Assembly (NCBI GenBank): GCA_030754595.1
Contig: JASLZZ010000011.1
Span: 1 to 33,081, forward strand
DNA from: Nitrospinota bacterium
GTDB taxonomy: Bacteria; UBA8248
DNA: 33,081 nt
Direction of reading: 5' to 3'
Part shown: positions 9,765 through 18,940 of the stretch, piece by piece
Layout of the letters: every line of letters begins with the position of its first letter
Numbering within the stretch: the stretch's first letter is position 1
Made by a program: the position numbers and the translations under genes
Notes under the pieces: model-generated
Database searches by the model: none
The model's input: the letters and a program-made list of their open reading frames with translations, nothing else
Told to the model about the DNA's origin: nothing

Positions 9765-10541
9765 CTATCCCCTCCACCGGCAATATTCAAGCGAGCGCAT
9801 CGTCAGGAACAGGCACAGGATATTCACGTTCACGAGAAAAACCAGATCCCGCGTATCGACGACCCCCTGGATAAACGATCTGAGATGCAAGCCGAGCGAT
9901 AGGTGGCGAAGCACCCCGCTCATTATCGGGCCCGCCGAGACCGAGAGGAAGTCGAGGACAAAACTCGTCAACAGGATCATGAAGGAGATCATGGCCGCGA
10001 CAATCTGATTCGACGTGAGCGAGCTGGCCAGCACTCCGACGGCCAGGAAAGCGCTTCCCAGAAGGAGCAGGCCGAGATAGCTGGCCCCGACGACTCCCCA
10101 ATCGACCGAAACGAAAGCGCCCAGGATCGCAGGATAAACAAAGGTCAAAACCAACATGACGCCATATATCAAAAGGGCGGAAAGATACTTGCCCATCAAG
10201 ATATCTCCGTCGCGAAGGGGATAGGTCAGCAGAAGCTCCATCGTTCCCTGTTTTTTCTCCTCGCTGAAGAGGCGCATGGTCAACAGGGGGATGACGAACA
10301 AAAGGACGACGGTGGTGCTCGAGAAGACCGGGCCCAATATGGCCGACGTCGCCGTGAGGTTGAGACGGCTCGCCGCCTGCGGATTCCTCATGATCTGCAG
10401 CGAAATGACGGCATAGTTGAGAAACGAGCCGGAATAGAAGACGCCCAGGAGGAGCGTCCAGGCGCCGAGAACGACATAGGCGATCGGAGAGAAGAAGAAC
10501 GAAGCCAACTCCCGGCGGCAAATGAGCCAGATATTAGACAT
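9765..10541 (-). CDS. ABC-2 permease, GldF-like
   Basis: RRELASFFFSPIAY, PLLTMRLFSEEKKQGTMELLLT.P, GKYL and TSNQIVA motifs. ATG 10541 overlaps the ATPase 3' end. Confidence 0.88.
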   Translation of the reverse strand: MSNIWLICRRELASFFFSPIAYVVLGAWTLLLGVFYSGSFLNYAVISLQIMRNPQAASRLNLTATSAILGPVFSSTTVVLLFVIPLLTMRLFSEEKKQGTMELLLTYPLRDGDILMGKYLSALLIYGVMLVLTFVYPAILGAFVSVDWGVVGASYLGLLLLGSAFLAVGVLASSLTSNQIVAAMISFMILLTSFVLDFLSVSAGPIMSGVLRHLSLGLHLRSFIQGVVDTRDLVFLVNVNILCLFLTMRSLEYCRWRG

Positions 10542-11499
10542 GGGCCGCCTCCTCCCCGCTTCTCGACTCACCGCCGATAATTTTGACGAACGTATCCTCA
10601 AGCGTGATTCGCTCCCGATAGAGCTCGGTGAGACAGCCGCCCGCCGCCGACACCGCCGCCACGAGGTCCGGGCGAACATCCCGTCCCTTCTCGGCGCTAA
10701 TCTCCAGGTGCACCTCCTCGCCCGCTTCATCCTCTTTCAAACTCACGTCCCGGACCCCGGAGACCGAGGCGAGGCCGCTCCGAATCGCCTCAGCCGGCCC
10801 CAGCGCCGAGACCCGGATGGTTTCTTCATCCTCAACACCCGCCGCCAGGGCGTCGAGGGCGCCCTCCGCCGCTATCCGGCCCTGGTGAATGACGACGACG
10901 CGGTCGCAGATGACGTTGACCTCGGGGAGGATATGCGTGCTCAGGATGATCGTGTGGTTGCCCTTGAGGCCGCGGATCAAATCGCGAATCTCGATAATCT
11001 GGGCGGGGTCGAGTCCCGATGTGGGCTCGTCCATGATGAGGATGTGGGGATCGTTGACCAGCGCCTGGGCCAGGCCCACGCGCTGGCGATACCCCTTGGA
11101 GAGATGGCCGATGATTCTCGAGGCCACATCCTCGAGGCCGCACCCGCCAACCACGCGATCGATGGCCGCGGCCTTGCCGGCGCCGCGCAACCCTTTCACC
11201 GATGCGACGAAACCGAGATAGGCCGATACCGTCATTTCGGGGTAGAGCGGGTTGTTTTCGGGCAGATACCCGAGGCGCTTTTGAACTTCGAGCGGTTTCT
11301 CGATGACATCGATACCGTCCAAGCGGACGGTTCCCGAGGTGGGGGGCATGTAGCCGGTCAGAATCCGCATGGTGGTTGATTTCCCGGCCCCGTTCGGACC
11401 GAGAAAACCCAGAATTTCACCTTCCTCGACCTTGAAGGATACATCCTGGATTCCGGGCAGGTTTCCATAAAACTTGGTCAGACCATCGACCTCAATCAA
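10534..11499 (-). CDS. ABC ATP-binding protein, GldA-like
   Basis: Walker A GPNGAGKS, signature LSKGYRQR, Walker B ILIMDEPT, H-loop STH. TTG start at 11499 follows GGGAGGAG. Confidence 0.92.
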   Translation of the reverse strand: MIEVDGLTKFYGNLPGIQDVSFKVEEGEILGFLGPNGAGKSTTMRILTGYMPPTSGTVRLDGIDVIEKPLEVQKRLGYLPENNPLYPEMTVSAYLGFVASVKGLRGAGKAAAIDRVVGGCGLEDVASRIIGHLSKGYRQRVGLAQALVNDPHILIMDEPTSGLDPAQIIEIRDLIRGLKGNHTIILSTHILPEVNVICDRVVVIHQGRIAAEGALDALAAGVEDEETIRVSALGPAEAIRSGLASVSGVRDVSLKEDEAGEEVHLEISAEKGRDVRPDLVAAVSAAGGCLTELYRERITLEDTFVKIIGGESRSGEEAAHV

Positions 11500-11688
11500 C
11501 GAACTGCTCCTCCCTCGGCGGCGCCCGAAGATTCGGCCGCCCTTAAAAATTCCCAAAAAAAATTACCGGATCCCAAGAGCCGCGTGACAAAGGCCACTCG
11601 GAAAATAGCGGCAATAAACGCCGGTGGTTTTCGTTAGACGGACACAGGTTCCAAAACCTAATAAAAAACCCCTCGTTAAACGCCCTAC

Positions 11689-11717
11689 AAAGTATTTGCC
11701 GCGCTCCCCCCTGTCAA
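11689..11717 (-). promoter_or_regulatory. sigma70-like promoter for the Gld-like operon
   Basis: TTGACA-17 bp-TACTTT on the minus strand. Confidence 0.6.
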
Positions 11718-11784
11718 GGCCTTTTTCGCACCCTCGGGGGCCGGGAAGTCATTGGTAATTATTTACATTTCAATTACTTGGACA

Positions 11785-12912
11785 TTAGCTTTTACTACTT
11801 TTTTCCGATGCTTTCAACCCGCCCGCCGCCAAAGCGGACAAATGCCCGCCGGTGGCGGCCCGCTCCAGGAGAGCCGGAACATCGAGCACCCTCGGCCCCT
11901 TTCGATCCAGTTCGACGCCAACCCGCTCCCCCTCCGAGAGGACGTATTCCCGCTCTCCGTCGAAGGCGAGAACCTGATGCGGCCGGGCCGAAATCTCTAT
12001 CATCTCACCCGGCGAAATCCGCCTGAAACCGGCGATATCCGCCGTCTGGACCAACCCCGGCCCAACGGGCGCCAGAACCTTCGTTTTTCGCCCGGGCCTT
12101 TTTCGTCCGGACTTTTTTTGTCCAGCCCGGTTTTTTTGTCCGGCGGAAGGGGCGAAATCGATCCAGAGGCCATCGGGCTCCTCCGCTCCGACGGGCTCGA
12201 GGCTGGCTCCCACCGCCGAGAGACCAAGACCGCCGGGCAAGCACCGCGTGAGCGCCAGCGACTCGATTCGCTCGATGTCCCAGACCGCCCGCGAGCCCGC
12301 AAAAGCCTCGTTGACCACCGCCAGATCCACGAGGGCGAGATCCACACCCCCCGAAATATGCACCCTCAGCCGCTTCGAGGGTGTCACCTGGCGCGAGTAG
12401 CGGCGCGGCCGACGGGCGTAAAAACCGGCGGCGAGACCCGCCACCGTCCCCTCCCAGTTCTGCGAAAAGGCGTTGTTCGTCCCCGTCGAGAGCGGGATGA
12501 GCGGGCAGCGGCCACAACCCTTCGCCGCGGCCCGGCTCGTACCGTCTCCGCCGAGGACAACAATGCAGGCCGCGCCCTCCTCGCGCATCCGCGCCGCGCC
12601 GCGACTCGTATCCTCCGCCTCCCCCCGCGCTCCGACATCGAGGAGGCAAACTCTCGGTTTTTTTCTTCCACCGCCACCGTCCATGTCTCCACTCTCGCCC
12701 GTGCCCGTGCGATAGGCCTCGGCCGCGGCCCGCCCCAACGCGCCCGCATCGTCGAGCATCAACACCTCGTCCGCGCCCGCCGCCTCGAGCCCGGCGAGGA
12801 CGCGGCGAACGATGAGCAGCTTTTCGTGATTGCTGAACGAGCTGGCGAGCGCCACCAGGCGGCGGATATCTTTTCCGGACTGGGGGTTGGCGATTACTCC
12901 GACGCAGGACAA
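11785..12912 (-). CDS. acoX: AcoX-like / ATP-NAD kinase-fold protein
   Basis: VGVIANPQSGKDIRRLVA, LGGDGT, STGTNNAF, F.GSRAVWD and AFDGERE motifs. TTG start at 12912 follows GGGAGG. Confidence 0.8.
   Translation of the reverse strand: MSCVGVIANPQSGKDIRRLVALASSFSNHEKLLIVRRVLAGLEAAGADEVLMLDDAGALGRAAAEAYRTGTGESGDMDGGGGRKKPRVCLLDVGARGEAEDTSRGAARMREEGAACIVVLGGDGTSRAAAKGCGRCPLIPLSTGTNNAFSQNWEGTVAGLAAGFYARRPRRYSRQVTPSKRLRVHISGGVDLALVDLAVVNEAFAGSRAVWDIERIESLALTRCLPGGLGLSAVGASLEPVGAEEPDGLWIDFAPSAGQKNRAGQKKSGRKRPGRKTKVLAPVGPGLVQTADIAGFRRISPGEMIEISARPHQVLAFDGEREYVLSEGERVGVELDRKGPRVLDVPALLERAATGGHLSALAAGGLKASEKSSKS
12082..12144 (-). repeat. In-frame degenerate 15-18 nt tandem repeat (4 units) inside acoX
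   Basis: gccggacaaaaaaaccgg / gctggacaaaaaaag / tccggacgaaaaagg / cccgggcgaaaaacg, encoding AGQKNR AGQKK SGRKR PGRKT. Confidence 0.7.
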
Positions 12913-13086
12913 CGAAAACCTCCCAGTTGAAACGTGCTCTCCCCGGCGGCTATCTCCCCGCCGCCGGAATCGGTTAGTGTGTGACTCAAAAGGACCCTGC
13001 CCGTACGCGAGGCTAATGAAGCGGCCCTCCAGCGTCAAGGATTCGCCCGACGCTGGGGCGCGCCGCCCAACCGGAGCCGGACCGCC

Positions 13087-14457
13087 ATGCCCAGCCGCCG
13101 ACGACAGGCTAAGAAACCGGCTCGCGCCTCTCTCCGGAGAGACGCGAAGGCCATATACCGAGCGGCCCTAGACTCCGTCCGCGCCGGGGTGGTGGTCCCG
13201 AAATTTATCGCGATAGAAAAAACGGCCAGAGGCGAGCGCATCAGGTGCGGCAATAGGCGCTTCCCGCTCCAGCGGGGGGGGCGGCTCATCGTCGTGGGCG
13301 CGGGCAAGGCCAGCTCGCACATGGCCAGCGCGGCCGAGAGGATTCTCGGGCGCCGGATTGGCGGCGGAGCCGTGGTCACCCAGACCGGTTACGCCGCCGC
13401 CTGCCGGCGCGTCGAAGTCCTCGAGGCGAGCCACCCGATCCCGGACGCGGCGGGAGTCCGGGCCGCCCGAAAGATCGGCGAGTGGGTGGACGGCGCCGGC
13501 GCGGAGGATTTGATTGTCTGCCTGATCTCGGGAGGAGGATCGGCCCTCCTTCCGGCTCCGGCCGAGGGCGTCACCCTCCGCGACAAGCGCGCCACCACCG
13601 ACGCCCTCCTGAAAGCGGGCGCGCCCATCGATTCGCTCAACTGCGTCCGCAAGCATCTGTCTCGCTTCAAGGGCGGCAGGCTCGCCGCGCGCGCGGCCCC
13701 GGCCCGCCTTCTCACCCTCGCCATATCGGACGTGGTGGGAGATCCGTTCGACGTCATCGCCTCCGGGCCCACCAGCGGCGACCCGACGACCTTCGCCGAC
13801 GCGGCGGGGGAGATGAAGCGCTACGGCGTTTGGGTGAGCGCTCCGCCGCGGGTCCGTCGCCATCTCGAGCGAGGAATCGCCGGAGAAATTCCCGACACTC
13901 CGGGGCCCGAGGATCCGATTTTCGCCCGCGTTCATAACCAGATCACGGCCAACAACGGGACCGCGCTAGAGGCGGCGAGGGAGGCGGCCCGCGCCCTGGG
14001 CTACCGGCCCGTAGTTCTTACGCGGAGGATGCAGGGCGAGGCCCGTGAAATCGGCAAATTCCTGGCCGGGGTAGCCGGCGGCGTCCGGGCCGATGGAACC
14101 CCCGCCCGGCCCCCGGCCTGCCTTCTTATCGGGGGGGAAACCACTGTTACTGTTGAAGGAAAGGGCCTCGGAGGGCGCTGCCAGGAGCTCGCCCTCTCAT
14201 TCATCGACAATCTCGAATATGAAAATAATATATGCCTCCTTGCCGCGGGGACCGACGGGAAAGACGGACCCACCCCGGCGGCGGGCGCGATAGTGGACGA
14301 TAAATCTCTCCAATTAGTTCAAAAACAAGGTATTGACCTCAGACCCTTTTTGAGGGACAATGATTCCCATAGGTATTTCGGTGACTATGGAGAGCTGATC
14401 TCTACAGGCCCGACCGGAACCAACGTGATGGATCTTGTGGTGGTAATTGCACGCTAG
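13087..14457 (+). CDS. Glycerate 2-kinase (class II, DUF4147+MOFRL; TtuD/GckA-like)
   Basis: GAGKA, HPIPD, LISGGGSAL, RKHLS..KGG.LA, SDVVGD...IASGP, GGETTV, GTDGKDG and TGPTGTNVMD motifs. Confidence 0.92.
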   Translation: MPSRRRQAKKPARASLRRDAKAIYRAALDSVRAGVVVPKFIAIEKTARGERIRCGNRRFPLQRGGRLIVVGAGKASSHMASAAERILGRRIGGGAVVTQTGYAAACRRVEVLEASHPIPDAAGVRAARKIGEWVDGAGAEDLIVCLISGGGSALLPAPAEGVTLRDKRATTDALLKAGAPIDSLNCVRKHLSRFKGGRLAARAAPARLLTLAISDVVGDPFDVIASGPTSGDPTTFADAAGEMKRYGVWVSAPPRVRRHLERGIAGEIPDTPGPEDPIFARVHNQITANNGTALEAAREAARALGYRPVVLTRRMQGEAREIGKFLAGVAGGVRADGTPARPPACLLIGGETTVTVEGKGLGGRCQELALSFIDNLEYENNICLLAAGTDGKDGPTPAAGAIVDDKSLQLVQKQGIDLRPFLRDNDSHRYFGDYGELISTGPTGTNVMDLVVVIAR

Positions 14458-14532
14458 ATTTGAATCGCTTGCGTGCGGCGCCTTTTTTGACCTTGATTTG
14501 CTTTACTTTTTCCGCCCGGCGTTGAGGTGACT

Positions 14533-15342
14533 ATGGCAGGCCTGCCTGGAATGTGGGTCCGTTATCTGTGCGGCGTTCTCGCCATCACGTTTATCGGATT
14601 CTTGACTCCAGCCACATCCCAAGGCGCCGAAAAATTGGTTGCCGCCGGCAATTCGGTTGTCGTCAGCAATTACGCAAAATCAGTAAACACCTCGCAGGCG
14701 AACGGTCTTCCCAAGGGCTGGAAGCTCCGCATCTGGCAGGGCGAACCCGACATTAAGGTTCTCACGGAAAACGGGAAAAACATCCTTCGCCTCCGGAGTA
14801 AAGTCGCCTCGATCAGTATCTACAAAAACGTCGAACTCGACCTCCAGAAATTTCCCCATCTGAAATGGCGCTGGAAAGTCACCCAACTGCCCAAGAACGC
14901 CGACGCCCGGATCAATAACAAGGACGATCAGGCCGCCGGCGTCTACGTCGTATTTCCCCGCTTCCCCAGCATGATTAACAGCCAGCTGTTGGCCTACGTC
15001 TGGGAGACGAGCGCCCCCGTGGGAACGGTCCTCCGAAACCGCCGCAACCCGATGATCCACTATATCGTCGTCCGCAGCGGAAAGGGTCGGCTGAACCAAT
15101 GGATCACCGAAGAGCGCAACGTCCGGGAGGACTACCGGAAGGTGTTCGGCGAGGAGCCGCCGATGGTGGGCGGAATTTCCCTTCTCATCGACACGGACGA
15201 CACCCGCTCCCAGGCCGAAAGCTTTTTCTCGAAAATCGAGTTCCGAAAACGCGCCCACGTACGCCTCACCCCGCCCGCCAACCGGCTGGTCAGATCGCTG
15301 ATTCCCGCAATGCTGCTTCCCGCGATAGGATCCACGGAATAA
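14533..15342 (+). CDS. Exported DUF3047-family protein
   Basis: Signal-peptide-like N-terminus; P.LKWRWKV..LP, DDQAA.VYV.F, YVW, WITEERNVREDY..FGE and DTDDT motifs. Start uncertain (14527, 14533 or 14551). Confidence 0.78.
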   Translation: MAGLPGMWVRYLCGVLAITFIGFLTPATSQGAEKLVAAGNSVVVSNYAKSVNTSQANGLPKGWKLRIWQGEPDIKVLTENGKNILRLRSKVASISIYKNVELDLQKFPHLKWRWKVTQLPKNADARINNKDDQAAGVYVVFPRFPSMINSQLLAYVWETSAPVGTVLRNRRNPMIHYIVVRSGKGRLNQWITEERNVREDYRKVFGEEPPMVGGISLLIDTDDTRSQAESFFSKIEFRKRAHVRLTPPANRLVRSLIPAMLLPAIGSTE

Positions 15343-15402
15343 CCGCTTCGCCGCCAAATCGCCGAACTCCCGCTTTTTCCCCTCGCCGCCTCGAATCAAA
15401 AA

Positions 15403-15431
15403 TTCCCTCACCCCTAAAAGCCCGCTATACT
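15403..15431 (+). promoter_or_regulatory. Candidate sigma70 promoter for pyk
   Basis: TTCCCT-17 bp-TATACT, about 75 nt upstream of the pyk ATG. Confidence 0.45.
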
Positions 15432-15505
15432 GGATCTGCCAGGCCACAACGGAATAGCGGGACCCTTTTGCATGACCCTTTTCCAGGAGGAGCGTTAGAG
15501 CCGAT

Positions 15506-16927
15506 ATGCGCCGGACAAAAATCGTCTGCACCCTAGGACCCGCGAGCCGCCACGCCTTCACTCTCAGGTCCATGATTCGCTCCGGAATGAACGTGGCCCG
15601 CCTCAATTTCTCTCACGGCACCCTGGCCGAACACCGGGCCATCATCAAAAAGATCAGACGCCTTGCCTCGGAGGAGAACCGCGCCGTAGCCATTCTCGCG
15701 GACATGGGCGGCCCCAAATTCCGCCTCGGAAGGGTGCGCTCCGGAGAAATTCTCCGGGACGGGAGACGCGTCGACCTCACGAGCCGCCCCCGCGTCGGAA
15801 CCGCGGAGTGCCTCTCCGTCAACCGCCCGGAACTCATCCCCCAGCTCGGCCGGGGGGACCGGGTGATGATCTGGGACGGGAAACTTCAGCTCGAGGTCAC
15901 CGAGACCGGCGAGGAGGAAGTCTCCTGCCGGATCATCGTCGGCGGACCGCTCAAAGACGACGCCGGCCTCAACATGCCGGACACCACCCTCGACATCCCC
16001 GCCTTGACGGAAAAGGACTTGAAGGACATCGCCTTTTGCGTGAAGCAAAAGGTGGATTTCATCGGCCTCTCCTTTGTTCGGACTGCGGCCGACATCGAAC
16101 TCTGCCGCCGCGTAATCCGCTCCCACCATGCGGACATTCCGATCGTCGCGAAAATGGAGAAGACCGAGGCCGTACAAAACCTCGAGGAAATTATCGAGGC
16201 GACCGACGGGGTGATGGTGGCCCGCGGGGATCTGGGCATCGAAATTCCGCTCGAGGAGGTTCCCCTGGCCCAGAAAAAAATCATCTCCTGCGCCAATCTT
16301 CTTGCCAAGCCCGTCATCACGGCCACCGAGATGCTTCTCTCCATGGTGGACGCCTCGCGGCCCACCCGGGCCGAGGCGGGCGACGTGGCAAACGCCATCC
16401 TCGATGGTTCGGACGCTGTTATGCTCAGCGAGGAGACCTCGGTGGGCAAAAATCCCACCGAGGTCATCCGGATGATGGGCCGCATCGCCGAGACCACCGA
16501 GAAAAGCGCGGCCATCTCGGCAGGAGCCGCTAGAAGAAGGAGAAGGGAAAGTCCGGACGGAACGGGCCTCGCCCACGCCATCGCGCACTCGACCGTCGAG
16601 CTCGCCATCGAACTGCGGGCCTCGGTAATCATCACCCCGACGGATTCGGGCGACACCCCCCGGCGAATCGTGCGTCACCGGCCCGATCAGCCCGTCATCG
16701 CCCTGAGCACCTCGGACCAGACCGTCCGGCGGCTCTCCCTTTCCTGGGGCGTTTTTCCATGGAAGATTCCCCGGCGCCTGCCCCTTGAGAAGATCCTTGC
16801 GGCCATCAGAGAGCGCATCATCGAGGAAAAACTGGGCGAGAAAGGCGGTTCCGCGATCCTGTGCGCCGGATATCCCTTCGGCGCCAAGGAGAATAAGGGC
16901 CGGGTCATTCAGACCGAGGTGATCTGA
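15506..16927 (+). CDS. pyk: Pyruvate kinase
   Basis: RRTKIVCTLGPAS, ARLNFSHG, AKME, MVARGDLG, PTRAE and DAVMLSEET motifs. Confidence 0.97.
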   Translation: MRRTKIVCTLGPASRHAFTLRSMIRSGMNVARLNFSHGTLAEHRAIIKKIRRLASEENRAVAILADMGGPKFRLGRVRSGEILRDGRRVDLTSRPRVGTAECLSVNRPELIPQLGRGDRVMIWDGKLQLEVTETGEEEVSCRIIVGGPLKDDAGLNMPDTTLDIPALTEKDLKDIAFCVKQKVDFIGLSFVRTAADIELCRRVIRSHHADIPIVAKMEKTEAVQNLEEIIEATDGVMVARGDLGIEIPLEEVPLAQKKIISCANLLAKPVITATEMLLSMVDASRPTRAEAGDVANAILDGSDAVMLSEETSVGKNPTEVIRMMGRIAETTEKSAAISAGAARRRRRESPDGTGLAHAIAHSTVELAIELRASVIITPTDSGDTPRRIVRHRPDQPVIALSTSDQTVRRLSLSWGVFPWKIPRRLPLEKILAAIRERIIEEKLGEKGGSAILCAGYPFGAKENKGRVIQTEVI

Positions 16928-16929
16928 TC

Positions 16930-17880
16930 GTGGGCGATGAAGAGCAGGAGGGCGTTTTTCTCGGAATCGATCTGGGCGGCACCCAGCTCAAGGCCGCCCG
17001 CTTCTCGGCGGACGGCACCCGGGTAGCCATGGAAAACGCCGCTTCGAATGCCGGCGGTGATGCCGAGGAAATTTTCGGCGCCCTTTACTCAGCCGCCAGC
17101 ACCCTCATCGGCGGTTCGCGCCTGCGCGGAATCGGCGTCGGCGTAGCCGGTCTTCTCGATCCCGGGTCGGGCCGGATTCTCAACTCCCCCAACATTCCCG
17201 CCCTGAGCGGTTTCGCCCTCAGGAGCCGCGTGCGGGAAGCCTTCGGCGACACAATCCCCGTCCAAATGATGAACGACGCCAACGCGGCCGCGCTGGGCGA
17301 GTATTTCGCGGGCGCGGGCGCCGGCTCCTCGAGTATGTTCCTCCTCACCCTTGGAACCGGAATCGGCGGCGGATTCGTCATCGACGGAAATCTCTGGACC
17401 GGGGCGGCGGGGGTGGGCGCCGAGGTCGGTCATATGTGCATTCGGGCCGATGGCCCCCTTTGCCACTGCGGGGCGCGAGGGTGTCTCGAAGCCTGTGTCT
17501 CGGGTTGGGCGCTCATGCGGGATGCCGGTCAAATCGCCAAGCGGCACCCCGAATCCGCCATCGCCGAGCTATCCCCCCGGACTCCCCTCACCCTGGCTGA
17601 GCTCGCCTCCGCCGGCGACCGTCAGGCCCGAGCGCTCTGGGAGAATGCGGGGGCCATGCTTGGCACCGGCATCGCCAATCTGATGAACCTTTTGAACCCC
17701 GATCGCATTGTGCTGGTCGGGGGGCTCGGAGGGGCGGGCGACCTTTTATTCGAGCCGGCGAGGCGGGCCTGGGAGAGTCAGGCTTTCAAGGAGGCCCGGA
17801 CGTTCACGTCGGTTAAACCGGGGGTTCTGGGCAAATGGGCGGGCGTTCGGGGAGCCATACAATCGTTTTTGAAAAAATAA
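16930..17880 (+). CDS. glk: ROK-family sugar kinase (probable glucokinase)
   Basis: GIDLGGT, NDANAAALGE, GTGIGGG, EVGH and CHCGARGCLE motifs; no N-terminal HTH. Starts 2 nt after the pyk stop. Confidence 0.85.
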   Translation: MGDEEQEGVFLGIDLGGTQLKAARFSADGTRVAMENAASNAGGDAEEIFGALYSAASTLIGGSRLRGIGVGVAGLLDPGSGRILNSPNIPALSGFALRSRVREAFGDTIPVQMMNDANAAALGEYFAGAGAGSSSMFLLTLGTGIGGGFVIDGNLWTGAAGVGAEVGHMCIRADGPLCHCGARGCLEACVSGWALMRDAGQIAKRHPESAIAELSPRTPLTLAELASAGDRQARALWENAGAMLGTGIANLMNLLNPDRIVLVGGLGGAGDLLFEPARRAWESQAFKEARTFTSVKPGVLGKWAGVRGAIQSFLKK

Positions 17881-18929
17881 GACGCGCGGCCCGGCTATGC
17901 GCCCTCCCGCTGGCGGCGGCGCTGTTTTTTCTGTCCTCCGGCGAATCCGCCCACACCTCTAGTCAGGAACGCAAACCCTCTAGTAATCAAGGGAGCAACT
18001 CCCCAGGTCAGGAGCGCGAGACCTCTAGTCAAGAACCCAGCCCTTCTAATCAAGGTCGTAGCCCCTCTCGCCCCTGGGAGGGGTCCCGCCCCTTTCAAAC
18101 GGGGGAGAGCCTCAAATACCAGATTCGCTGGCTGAGTCTCGCCGTCGCCACCCTCCGCCTCAGCGTCGAAGGCCCCCTGAAGTGGGAGGGGAACAACGTC
18201 TTTCGTTTTCGCAGCCGTCTGAAGTCCGCGGGCCTCCTCAGACACCTCATCCGGGTGGACGACAGGGTCACGAGCTACACGGACGCGGCGGGGCTGTTCA
18301 GCCGCCGGATTGAAATCAGGCAGCGCGAGGGTCACTACCGGGGCGAGCGGTGGAACGTATTCGAGGGGAGACGCGCCACCTACGGCCGCCCGAAAAGACC
18401 GCCCAGGTTTTATGAAATTCCGGGATCGGTGCAGGATTTCCTCGGCGCGCTCTACAAAACAAGGGCGTTCGACCTTCAGCCCGGCAAGCGCATGACCCTG
18501 GAAATTTTCAACAACAAAAAACTTCACCCGGTGCGCATCAACGTCATCGGGACAGAAACGAGCGATACGCTGTGGGGACCTGTCCGCACCCTGGTCCTCC
18601 GGCCGGAATTCGTGGGCAACAATTATCTGAAAAGCTTCGGGACAACCTGGATTTACGTGACGGCCGATCGCCACCGGATACCGGTGCGTTTCGAGAGCCG
18701 GACCTACCTGGGCACCGCGGTCGCCCACCTGGTCGAAAGCAGGGGCGTGCTCTCCGGCCCCCTCTCCAGGACTCCTATCAGAAAGCTCAAGGGCTGGAAG
18801 TCGCCCGCGAAGCGGGTCAAGGAGAGCGCGGACGGGGGGCTCATTAAGTTAAAGGAAATTATGAACAAATCACATAAAAAGTATTATAAAAAAAAGTATA
18901 AACATTCGGATAAGGGCGACGGACCTTGA
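17835..18929 (+). CDS. Exported DUF3108-family protein
   Basis: Hydrophobic signal segment, F..GESLKY.I.W, QDFLGALY..R and WIYVTADRHRIPVR. Overlaps the ROK 3' end; start uncertain. Confidence 0.72.
   Translation: MGGRSGSHTIVFEKIRRAARLCALPLAAALFFLSSGESAHTSSQERKPSSNQGSNSPGQERETSSQEPSPSNQGRSPSRPWEGSRPFQTGESLKYQIRWLSLAVATLRLSVEGPLKWEGNNVFRFRSRLKSAGLLRHLIRVDDRVTSYTDAAGLFSRRIEIRQREGHYRGERWNVFEGRRATYGRPKRPPRFYEIPGSVQDFLGALYKTRAFDLQPGKRMTLEIFNNKKLHPVRINVIGTETSDTLWGPVRTLVLRPEFVGNNYLKSFGTTWIYVTADRHRIPVRFESRTYLGTAVAHLVESRGVLSGPLSRTPIRKLKGWKSPAKRVKESADGGLIKLKEIMNKSHKKYYKKKYKHSDKGDGP
17955..18068 (+). repeat. In-frame 21-24 nt degenerate repeats encoding a Ser/Pro/Gln linker
   Basis: TSSQERK PSSNQGSN SPGQERE TSSQEPS PSNQGRS; the core cctctagt recurs. 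Confidence 0.7.
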
Positions 18930-18940
18930 GGCGGCAACGG

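Noticed and set aside
17869..17880. Possible frameshift in the A-run that would give DUF3108 a TTG-MKKIRR signal peptide start
   Set aside because: An in-frame ATG at 17835 already exists and the ROK gene ends normally; it cannot be tested without reads.
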